From positions 176,972,057 through 177,036,056 of the forward strand of contig NC_092374.1 of assembly GCF_030028105.1 (NCBI RefSeq): a stretch of DNA of 64,000 bases. Reading direction: 5' to 3'. The stretch is from Mobula birostris. Lineage: Eukaryota. Below the pieces are notes generated by a model. That model did no database searches, was not told the origin of the DNA, and saw only the letters and a list, made by a program, of their open reading frames with translations. Position 1 is the stretch's first letter. Every line of letters starts with the position of its first letter. Both the position numbers and the translations under genes were made by a program. This document shows positions 1 to 10,500 of the stretch, in pieces.

Positions 1-312
1 GGAAAAAGTGCTAGCCAACTTCAAAGGTCTTAAGGTGGATAAGTCACCTGAGCCAGATGGACTACGTCCCAGAGACTTGAGAGAGGTTGCTGAAGAGATA
101 ACAGATGCATTGGACATGATCTTTCAAGAAAAGCCTGGAAATAATAATAAGACACTAATCAGTCCACACTTAAAGCATTGTGAACAGCTTTGAGCCCCAT
201 ATCTCAGAAAGGATGTGTTATCATCGGAGATAATACAGAGGAGGTTCAGGAGGATGATTCTGGGAATGAAAGGTTTAATGTATGAGGAGTGTTTGGCAGC
301 TTTGGACCTGTA

Positions 313-3300
313 ACCATATAACCATATAACAATTATAGCATGGAAACAGGCCATCTCGGCCCTTCTAGTCCATGCCAAACTTCTACACTCACCTAGTCCC
401 ACCGACCTGCACTCGGTCCATAACCCTCCATTCCCTTCCTGTCCATATATCTATCCAATTTAACTTTAAACATCAACATCGAACCTGCCTCAACCACTTC
501 TGCTGGATGCTCGTTCCACACAGCTACCACTCTCTGAGTAAAAAAGATCCCCCTCATGTTACCCCTAAACTTTTGCCCTCTAACTCTCAACTCATGTCCT
601 CTTGTTTGAATCTCCCCCACTGTCAATGGAAAAACCCTATCCACATCAACTCTATCAATCCCCCTCGTAATTTTAAACACCTCTATCAAGTCCCCTCTCA
701 ACCTTCTATGCTCCAAAGAATAAAGACCTAACTTGTTCAACCTTTCTCTGTAACTTAGGAGATGAAACCCAGGCAACATTTTAGTAACCCTCCTCTGTAC
801 TCTCTCAATTTTATTGACATCTTTCCTATAATTCGGTGACCAGAACTGCACACAATACTCCAAATTTGGCCTTACTAATGCTTTATATAATTTCAACATT
901 ACATCCCAACTCCTATACTCAATGCTCTGATTAATAAAGGCCAGCATACAAACAGCTTTCTTCACCACCCTAACAACATGAGATTCCACCTTCAGGGAAC
1001 TATGCACCATTATTCCTAGATCCCTCTGTTCTACAGCATTCTTCAATGCCCTACCATTTACCACGTATGTCCTATTTTGATTAGTCCTACCAAAATGTAG
1101 CACTTCACATTTTTCAGTCTTAAACTCCATCGGCTATCTTTCAGACCACTCTTCTAACTGGCCTAAATCTCTCTGCAAGCTTTGAAAACCTACTTCCTTA
1201 TCCACAACGCCACCTATCTTAGTATCATCTGCATACTTACTAATCCAATTTACCACCCCATCATCCAGATCATTAGTATATATGACAAACAACACTGGAC
1301 CCAGTACAGATCCCTGAGGCACACTGCTACACACCGTCCTCCAATCTGACACACAGTTATACACCACTACTCTCTGGCGTCTTCCACCCAGCCACTGCTG
1401 AATCCATTTTACTACTTCGATATTAGTGCCTAAAGATTCAACCTTCCTAACTAACCTTCCCTGTGGATCCTTGTCAAAGGCCTTACTGAAGTCCATATAG
1501 ACAACATCCACCGCTTTACCCTCGTCAACTTTCCTAGTAACGTCATCAGAAAATTCAATGAGATTTGTCAAACATGCATAAATCCATGTTGACTGTTCTT
1601 AATCAGACCCTGTCTATCCAGATAATTATATATACCATCTCTAAGAATACTTTCCATCAATTTACCCACCACTGATGTCAAACTCACAGGCCGATAATTG
1701 CTAGGTTTACTCTTAGAACCCTGTTTAAATAATGGAGCCACATGAGCAATACGCCAATCCTCCGTCACCATCCCCGTTTCTAATGACATTTGAAATATTT
1801 CTGTCAGAGCCCCTGCTATTTCCACACTAACTTCTCTCAAGGTCCTAGGGAATACTCGGAGACTTATCCACTTTTATATTCCTTAAAAGCACCAGTACTT
1901 CCTCTTCTTTAATCATCATACTTTCCATAACTACCTTTCTTGTTTCCTTTACCTTAACACAATTCAATATCCTTCTCCTTAGTGAATACCGAAGAAAAGA
2001 AATTGTTCAAAATCTCCCCCATCTCTTTTGGCTCCGTACATAGCCATCCACTCTGATTCTCTAAGGGACCAATCTTATCCCTCACTATCCTTTTACTATT
2101 TATATAACTGTAGAAACCCTTAGGATTTATTTTCACCTTACTTGCTAAAGCTGCCTCATATCTTCTTTTAGCTTTTCTAATTTCTTTCTTAAGATTCTTT
2201 TTACATTCTTTATATTCCTTGAGCACCTCATTAACTCCAAGCTGCCTATATTTATTGTAAATCCCTCTCTTTTTCCAAACCAAGTTTCCTATATCCCTTG
2301 AAAACCATGGCTCTCTCAAACTTTTAACCTTTCCTTCCAACCTAACAGGAACATAAAGATCCTGTACTCTCAAAATTTCAACTTTAACTGACCTCCATTC
2401 CTCTATTACATACTTCCCATAAAACAAATTGTCCCAATCCACTCCTTCTAAATCCCTTCACATCTCTTCAAAGTTAGCCTTTCTCCAATCAAAAATCTCA
2501 ACTCTGGGTCCAGTACTATCCTTCTCCATAATTATATGGTCCAGTACTATCCTTCTCCATAATTATATGGTCCAGTACTATCCTTCTCCATAATTATATT
2601 GAAACTAATGGTATTGTGATCACTGGACCCGAAGTGCTCCCCAACACATACCTCTGTCACCTGCCCTATCTCATTCCCTAGCAGGAGATCCAACACTTCC
2701 CCTTCTCTAGATGGTACCTCTATGTATTGCTGCAAAAAACTATCTTGCACACATTTGACAAACTCCAAACCATCCAGCCCTTTTACAGAATGGGCTTCCC
2801 AGTCTATGTGTGTAAAATTAAAATCTCCCACAATCACAACCTTGTGCTTACTACAAATATCTGCCACCTCCTTACAAATTTGCTCCTCCAGTTCTCGGTC
2901 CCCATTAGGTGGTCTATAATACACCCCTATAAGCCTCACTACACCTTTCCCATTCCTCAATTCCACCCAAATAGCCTCCCTGGATGAGTCCACTAATCAA
3001 TCCTGCCAGAGCACCGCTGTTATATTTTCTCTGACAAGCAATGCAACACCTTCCCCTCTTGCCCCTCCTATTCTATCACACCTGAAGCAACAAAATCCTG
3101 GAATATTTAGTTGCCAATCACACCCCTCCTGCAACCACGTTTCACTAATAGCTACAACATCGTATTTCCAGGTATCAATCCATGCTCTACACTCATCCAC
3201 CTTTCTTACAATGCTCCTAGCATTAAAATAGATGCATTTAAGAAACTCTCCACCTCTTACTCTCTTTTTATCATTAATGGAGCAAACAGATTTGTTTCCT

Positions 3301-3795
3301 TTTTCTTCCTTGTCCCCTACATCTTTGGTCTGAGTGCTCCTGATCTCTGTCCCCTGCCTATCCTCCCTCACACACTGTCTACTAGCTTTCTCTATTTGTG
3401 AACTAACCTCTTCTCTCCTAGTCTCTTTAATTTGATTCCTACCCACCAACCATTCCAGTTTAAAGTCAACCCATAGCCCTCGCAAATCTCCCCGCCAGGA
3501 TATTGGTCCCCCTAGGATTCAAGTGTAACCCGTCCTTTTTGTACAGGTCACACCTGTGCCAAAAGAGGTCCCAATGATCCAAAAACTTGAATCCCTACCC
3601 CTTGCTCCAATCCCTCAGCCACACATTTATCCTCCACCTCATTGCATTCCTACTCTCACTGTCACGTAGCAGAGGCAGTAATCCCGAGATTACTAGCTTT
3701 GCGGTCCTTTTTCTCAACTCCCTATATTCTCCTTTCAGGACCTCTCCCCTTTTCCTACCTATGTCATTGGTACCTATATGTACCACGACCTCTGG
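313..3795 (-). mobile_element. 5'-truncated CR1 LINE (SGNH-esterase ORF1 remnant + APE/RT ORF2, disrupted)
   Basis: ORFs 3595..3831 (VHIGTNDI), 2997..3485 (YFNARSI...SETW), 2547..2993 (GVYYRPP, GDFN), 1134..1571 ([19 protein letters not shown]) and 393..1130 (RT C-terminus). (TATATGGT)n tail at 313-335. Confidence 0.95.
2507..2599. repeat. Exact 3 x 31-bp tandem triplication inside CR1 ORF2
   Basis: Unit GGTCCAGTACTATCCTTCTCCATAATTATAT at 2507, 2538 and 2569. Confidence 0.95.
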
Positions 3796-4171
3796 CTCAC
3801 TGGAGTTTAGAAAAATGTGGAGTGATCTCATTAAAACCTGCTGAAGGTTGAGAGGACTTGTTGGGGTGGATGTGGAGAGGATGTTTCCAACAGTGGAGTA
3901 TCCAGAACTAGAGAGCTCAGCCTCGAAATTGAGGGGTGGCCCTTCAGAACAGAGGTAAGGAGGAATTTTTTTTCACCAGAGAGAATTAAATCTGTAGAAT
4001 GCTCTGCCACAGACTGCCAAGTCAGTGCATATATTTAAGGCGGAAGTTGATCGTGATATGACCAGAATGCAGGTGTATGGGGTTGAGTGGGATCTGGATT
4101 CAGCCATGATGGAATGCGTAACAGTCTCGACAGGCTGATTAGCCTAATTCTGCTCCTATGTCTTATGGTCT

Positions 4172-4520
4172 GAAAGGTGCAAGAGGCAGTCTGTAGTGGT
4201 TCATTGCTGTTGCAGGGTTAGGATTGTGCAGGTTGGTTCAAGAACTGATGTCTGTAGGAAAGCAGCTGTTGCTGAACCTGATGTTGTGGGATGTCAGTCT
4301 TCCGTCCCTCCTGCCCGACAGTAGCAGCAAGAAGACTGCACGATGCGAATGATGGGAATCCTTGATGGTAGATGCTGCGTTCTTGAAGCAGTGCCTCCTG
4401 TAGATACTGCTAGTGTTGGAGTAGGATGTGCCCATGGTGGATCAGGCTGTGTCCACCATTCTCTGAGCTCTTGTATTGCCGTCTATTGTAGATTCTGTCC
4501 CAGGTTTTGATGTAGCTAGT
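4172..4520 (-). mobile_element. Rex1/Babar-like LINE 3' ORF2 fragment
   Basis: ORF 4238..4435: IKDSHH..LLLSGRR..RFSNSCFP, matching the LLPSGRRY...SFFP C-terminal motif. Confidence 0.7.
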
Positions 4521-4599
4521 CAGTAATGTTAAGATTTTAAAGAAAGTGATTCTCCTGCAGAGTCAGTACTGTCCTCCTGGGTCCATCAACCACCCATTT

Positions 4600-4760
4600 A
4601 CACTCATCTAATCTTATTCTTCCCTCATTCGCATCAACACCTTCCCAGATGCCACCACTCACACACACCTCAGGGGTGATTTACAGCAGCCAATTAGCCC
4701 ACCAATCCACCCATCTCTGGGGTGTGTGAGGAAATCAGAGCAACCAGGGGAATCCTATGA
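4600..4760 (-). mobile_element. tRNA-derived SINE remnant (HE1/V-SINE-like)
   Basis: The reverse complement resembles the GGTTTCCTCCCACA...GGTGGATTGG...CTAA body seen in several copies in the window (35740-35850, 38480-38700). Confidence 0.5.
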
Positions 4761-5169
4761 TATCTTTCTCTGAGATGACAACACCGGGCAGTGCAGAACT
4801 GGGATATGCCCTTCAGCCCAAGATGTTGTATCAAATTAATTAAACCGGTAACTAAATGCGTAACTAATCTAAACCCTTCTGCCAATGTCCATATCCTTCC
4901 ATTCTCTGCAATTCATGAGCCTTTCTAAGTGTTTCTTAAATACCTCTATTGTATTTGCCTCCACCACCAGCCCTCACAGCTGATTCCAGACACTGACCAC
5001 TCTGTAAAATAAACATTGGCCTACAAATATCCTCTGAATTTATTCCCTTTCACTTGAAATATATGCCCTCTACTGTTAGATATTTTGACCTGGGATGCTC
5101 TTGTAATCTTATAAACGTTTATCAGATCTTCCCTCAGTCTCTGTCACCCCAGAGAACAACTCCTCCTCC

Positions 5170-5790
5170 GCATACACATCACCGAGGATCTCAAATGGTT
5201 TGCACATACCAGCTGTGTGGTGAAAAAGGCATAACAGCATCTCCTTCACCTCAGACGGTTGAAGAAGTTTGGTATGGCCCCCCTCCAAATTCTAAGAACT
5301 TTCTACAGGGGCACGAATGAGAGCATCATGACTAGCTGCATCACTGCCTGGTACGGGAACCGTACCTCCCTTAATCGCAGGACTCGGCAGAGAGTGGTGA
5401 GGACAGCCCTGCTCATTTGTAGATGTGATCTTCCCACTATTCAGGATATTTACAAGGACAGATGTGTAAAAATGGCCTGAAGGATCATTGGAGACCCAAG
5501 TCAATCCAACTACAGACTGTTCCAGCTGCTATCATCTGGGAAATGGTACCGCAGCATAAAAGCCAGGACCAACAGGCTCCGGGACAGCTTCTTCCATCAG
5601 ACTGTTTAGTTCATGCTGATGCAACTGTATTTCTATATTATATTGACTATCCTGTTGTACATAATATTTATTATAAATTACTATAATTCTACATTGCACA
5701 CTTGAACGGAGACATAATGTAAAGATTTTTACTCCTCTTGTATATGAAGAATGTAAGTAATAAAATCAATTCAATTCAATTCAGTTCAAT
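5170..5790 (+). mobile_element. Rex1/Babar-like LINE 3' end
   Basis: ORFs 5259..5480 (ILRTFYRG..ESI.TSCITAWYGN) and following LLSSGKWYRSIKART-like sequence. AATAAA and (AATTC)n tail at 5758-5790. Confidence 0.75.
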
Positions 5791-5861
5791 TCTTATGTCC
5801 TCTAATCCAGGACTCATTCTGGAAAATCTCTTCTGCACTTGGATACCTGGAACAGTCTTGT

Positions 5862-6500
5862 TACCATAAGACCATAAGATATAGGAGCAGAATTAGGCCA
5901 TTTGGCCTATCAAGTCGGCTCTGCCATTTCATCCAATTTTACTCTCAGCTCCAATCTGTTGCCTTCTCCCTGTATCCCTCCATGTCCTGACCAGTCAAGA
6001 ATCTATCAGCCTCTGCCGTAAATATACATAACGGCTTTGCCTCCACTGCTGCTAAGTTGCCTGTGGCAAAGGATCCCACAGATTCACCATTCTCTGGCTA
6101 AAAAAAATTCCTCCTCATCTCTGTTCTAAAAGGACACCTCTCTATTCTGAAACTGTGTCCTCTGGTCTTCGACTCTCCCACCATAGAAAACATCCTCTCC
6201 ACATTCACTCTATCAAGGGCTTTCACCATGTGACCGGTTTCAATTAGGTCCCACCTCATCCTTCTGAATTCTAGTGAACACTGGCCTAGAACCATCAAAT
6301 GCTCTTTATGTGACAAACCTTTCAATCCCGGAATCATTTCCATGAACCTTCTTTGAACCCACTCCAGTTTCAGCACATCCTTCCTAAGGGGCCCAGAATT
6401 GCTCACAATACTCCACATGAGGTCTCACCAGTGCTTTATGAAATCTTAACATCACACCTTTGCTTTTATATTCTAGTCCTCTTGAAATGACTGCTAACTT
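5862..6500 (-). mobile_element. CR1 LINE 3' fragment
   Basis: ORF 6098..6418 (LRKDVLKLEWVQRRF...); (TCTTATGG)n tail at 5863-5878. Confidence 0.85.
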
Positions 6501-6850
6501 TCAATCCCACTTGGGCTACATCACTCAGCTTCTTTCCTTTGACATTGATCACTGCATTGGTGCTTCTCCCCACATTCAGACAGAACTGGAAATTATTATT
6601 TTCCTTGCTCCCAATTCTTAGCCTGTTCTCCTCATACAAGGCATATCTAAGTCCTTCCTACCTTCACTGCATTCACAAATGTTCTTTCAACCTACAGACT
6701 CCAACAACTATCTTTACTTTTAATCTTCCCACTCTGCATCTTGTGGCACTCCACTACCTCTTTTCCATCCTCTTTCTCTGTCACCTTTGCTGCGATGATC
6801 AGAATTTCTGCACAGGTGCCCCGGAAATGTCTTCTGCTTCTCCTTGAATC
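6500..6850 (+). mobile_element. Penelope-like element RT fragment
   Basis: Degenerate DIDHCIG and PTDSNNYL...SSH...CCDDQNF...EMSS motifs, matching Penelope RT thumb sequence seen elsewhere in the window. Confidence 0.6.
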
Positions 6851-6879
6851 TTGGCTTCCTCTCTATCATGGTGGACTTA

Positions 6880-7200
6880 TGTTCCAGTATGTTTGCCTCT
6901 GATTTAGAAGCAACCCTATAGTGGGAGTTGGTGCTCCTGTTTGCCTGCTGCCCTTGACCTCCTTTGTGTTGGGGTTTGGGTCATTCTGTTGGATTGGCTT
7001 CGGTGAGTATTTGCTTCAGATTTTGTTAACAGCCAGAGCAGTGAAGCAAGTTTTCGTAATGTTGGTTGCTCGTGTTTGGGGAGCTAATAAAGAGGGGTGG
7101 AAGTGCTGCCTGATCCAATAGGATGTCTGTTTGGATGTGTATTAATCCATTCAAGTGGCGAGTATGTCATCAAACTCCTGAGTTGTGCCTTATAAATTGT
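6880..7200 (-). mobile_element. Ancient LINE (CR1/L2-group) 3' fragment upstream of the alpha1 exon; orthologous copy at 45810-46010
   Basis: Shared ATTAAT...CAAGTGG.GAGT...GAGTTGTGCCTTATAAA block upstream of the alpha1 acceptor in both genes. Reverse complement encodes a YKAQ...EYSPLA-like RT tail. Confidence 0.6.
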
Positions 7201-7252
7201 GAGCATCCTTTGTTGTTTTCTGACACTCCTCTCTCTCTGTCCTTTTACTCAG

Positions 7253-7501
7253 GCTCACACAGCTTGATGTATTACTACTTCCAATCCATCAGCATTCCTG
7301 AAATGCCAGCTTTCTTCAGGATTGGGATGCTCGATGACTTGCAGATAAACTACTACGACAGCACACTCCATGAAGTAGGAGTCAAGTACCAGTGGATCAC
7401 AGATGGCTTACCGATCGACTACTGGAAAAAACAGAAAGAAATAACCGATCAGCTTCATGAGCTCCTCTCGATATATCTGAACCCACTCTCCTCATTGATT
7501 A
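7253..7501 (+). CDS. Gene A exon: MHC class I alpha1 domain
   Basis: Polypyrimidine tract + AG at 7251-7252; donor A|GTGAGT at 7502. Encodes GSHSLMYYYFQSISIPEMPAFFRIGMLDDLQINYYDSTLHEVGVKYQWITDGLPIDYWKKQKEITDQLHELLSIYLNPLSSLI (inside ORF 7123..7515). Confidence 0.9.
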
Positions 7502-10500
7502 GTGAGTGTCTTTGATCTGCACTACCCTTTGAGTATCACAGTAACTTGCATATTGCCAATACCTTGATCTTCTATTAGATCCGATTCTGCTGTATCAAGT
7601 TTAAAGCCCTTCACTCTTTCAAATCTCTCAAATCTCCATTCTGCTCTCTACCTTCCTTAACTCCAATTACAAGAATTCCACCCTAATCAACTGGGTAAGT
7701 TCTGACCCTTCAAAATAAACTGATTATCCAGTCCTCATTCCCCACGGACCTCTTCAGAGAACTAGTGAAAATCAAACCCACTGTCCATCCAGGCTATGTC
7801 TGGCTCAAACCCTAATCCTAAGCCTACTCCCCAACTCCAGACTTGGGGATGCTTCAGTCTAGGATGGTTGGAACTAAGGCATCCATGGTTCTTATCTAGT
7901 CACCTGCCACAATGATGCTTTCCAGATCTAATTCGGTGCAGGGACTCCGTGCATTAGAACATAGAACACTACAACACAGGAACAGGCTCTTTGGCCCACA
8001 ATGTTCTGTTGAACTAATTATGTTAATAATCAAATGCCAAACTAATCTCATCCTTTCTGCCTATACAATGTCCATGTCCTGCTCCCCTAAGCTTCTTGAA
8101 CACCCTCTTTGTAGCTGCTACTACCACAACCCCTGGAAGCACAATTTAGGAACCCGCCATTCTGCAAAAGACTTACCCTGCACATCTCCATTGAACATAT
8201 CCCCTTTTCCATGCCCTCTTGTATTAGACATTTCAACAGAGGGAAAAATGATGCCAGCTGTCAACTTTAAAACAGAGAAAACAGCCCAAGTTGGTCAAAT
8301 CTCTTGTTATTGCACATGCTGTCCAATCCAGGCAGCATCTGGTAAGCATCTTCTGCACCTTCTCCAAAGCCTCACCGTCACAGAGTGACCAGAACTGCTG
8401 TGTTGCACACTCTGTGCTTATTGACACTGAATACAAACACGTTGCTTTCACAATTCTCCGCCGTAACTCTCTGCAGTGGACGTGGTTCAGCGCAGACTGT
8501 ACAGCGCAGTCTCTCACTGTGAGCCCCTGCTCCGACCCACATGTTGACAGAGTACTTCAATGTGCCCCCTGCTTTGTATGTAGAGTACTGTGCACTGCAC
8601 AGTGTTTCAACGTGATCTCTGTACTGTGCACTCCGCATAAGTTCAAGCTCAAGTTCATTTCTGAACATAGGCTGATATACACAGGGTACAAATGCCATAA
8701 AATTACTGTCTTACAGCAGCAGCATGGTATATTACAGGACATGTTAGCATGGAGTCAATTTTAAATAAATATGTACAACCTGCACATGTACAAAGTAGTA
8801 GTAGTCGTAGCAGTAGTAGTAGTAGTAGTCGTAGTTCTAGTAGTAGTAATCATACTTTATTGATCCCGGGGGAAATTGGTTAATTGGAAATTGGAAAAAG
8901 GTATACAACAAAATAAATGTAACAATATCTGTGCAAGATTAAGAGCGAAGAATATAATCTAGGGTCTCGTTAAGGCTTTTCTGGTTGGTTAAAGAACCTG
9001 GTGGTATTGGGCATGGAGCTCTTGTTGGAGCCTGGGGTGTTGGTCCTTAGGCCTCTGTCCCTCCTTCCTAGTGGTAGCATCAAGAAGAGAGTATGTCCTG
9101 GATGATAGGGAGGGTGTGGCTCCTGATGATGGATGTTGTCTTTTTGGGAAATTGCCTTCCGCAGATGTCCTCAAAGATGGGGAGAGCTGTACCTGTGATG
9201 GGCCTGGTTGAGCCCAGCACCCCCGCAGCCTTTTGTCTTTCAGAGCTTTGGAGTTTACCTACCAGCTGTGATGTAACCAATCCGAATGCTTTTCACTGCA
9301 CGTTTGAAAATGTTGTCATTCTTTGATGACAAATTGAATCTCTTTAAACTTTCCCCTCCCACCTTGCTGTGTAGACAGTTGCTCACATTGATTACTGATT
9401 CCACCAGACCTTGTGATCTGTGCCACACACTGACAAATGTTCTATATAGTACACTTCACCCCAAGCTCTTGGCCTTAACTGTACACAGTCGCTCGCCGTG
9501 ACCCACCACTTTGTGCACCTCTTAGTCACGTAGCATTTACGTATTTACCAGACCATTATCTAGTATTGGAAGCTTCAGCCATTAATGTTAATTAATCTGT
9601 TGGTAATTTACAGGCATCAGCTACATACAGGCATGCTGGGGCTGCACACAATCTGGAGATACGGTCAACGCGATTCTAAAAATCAACTTCCCGGATATCG
9701 GAGAGTTGAGCTGTGATTTGAACACATTGAAATGCACTGGCACTGGTTTCCTAGCAATGTTAAATAATCACTTGAGCCAACTCAGTTTCACTGACATGAC
9801 TGCATTGAAGAGTAACTGCACTTGGTATTTGCAAAGGGCTGTTCAGCTTGGAAAAGAAGCATTGGAAAGGCAAGGCAAGTGGAACATCCTGCGATGGTGA
9901 AGGAACTCCCAATTCAGCAACATAAAGGATACCCCAGTCTGAGACGATTATGGGGCTCTGAGACCGAGATGGTGTGGGCTGTCATGATTCAGGATACTGA
10001 AGGATTTGATGATCTAACAAATTTATGGTGTTCCCAATCTGGGACAGAGAAGGATCTCCAGATCTGGATAGTAAGGAAGCTTCCAATCAGAGATGCAGAG
10101 GGATCTCCTCATACGGGAAAGAGAGAGAGCTCCCAAAACAAAATGGTTAGGGGTTTCCCAATCTGCAGTAATGAGGGATCTCCTAATTTGAAACAATGAG
10201 TTGGTTGGAGTGTACGGCCTACAGGCCTGGAGGTGGACTGTGAGCCCATGATTGGCTCCATTGCTTCTCTCTGACTGAGGCGTTGAGCAAGGTTGAAGTG
10301 GACGAGGCCAAGTGCGGAAGCCAGGCTGGTGTTTGGCACCATCTGCCGCGTTTGCCTGGTATTGCTCTCCCTTTTACTAGCTGCTGTTGGAGGAAAGTGC
10401 AGGAGGCTTGGGTTCCACATTGCAGGGATTGATCGGTGAGGCTCGTGGTTGTGACTCTTTTTGGGGGACTTTAGGGTTCATGTATTTCTGGATTCTGGTT

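Larger units (their letters stand above)
1..4171 (+). mobile_element. Old CR1 LINE fragment (1-312 and 3796-4171) split by a nested CR1
   Basis: KVDKSPEPDG RT-linker motif. Joining 312 to 3796 restores the CR1 stretch GGACCTGTA|CTCACTGGAGTTTAG. 3' tail TCTTATGGTCT near 4165. Confidence 0.8.

Noticed and set aside
6921-7002. Hydrophobic phase-1 segment with GTGAGT donor upstream of gene A alpha1
   Set aside because: There is no in-frame ATG (stop at 6900-6902), it lies within the antisense LINE remnant, and it is not conserved in gene B.
9879-9880. Canonical GT 4 nt downstream of the GC donor
   Set aside because: Using it would shift the frame relative to the alpha3 exon in both paralogs.
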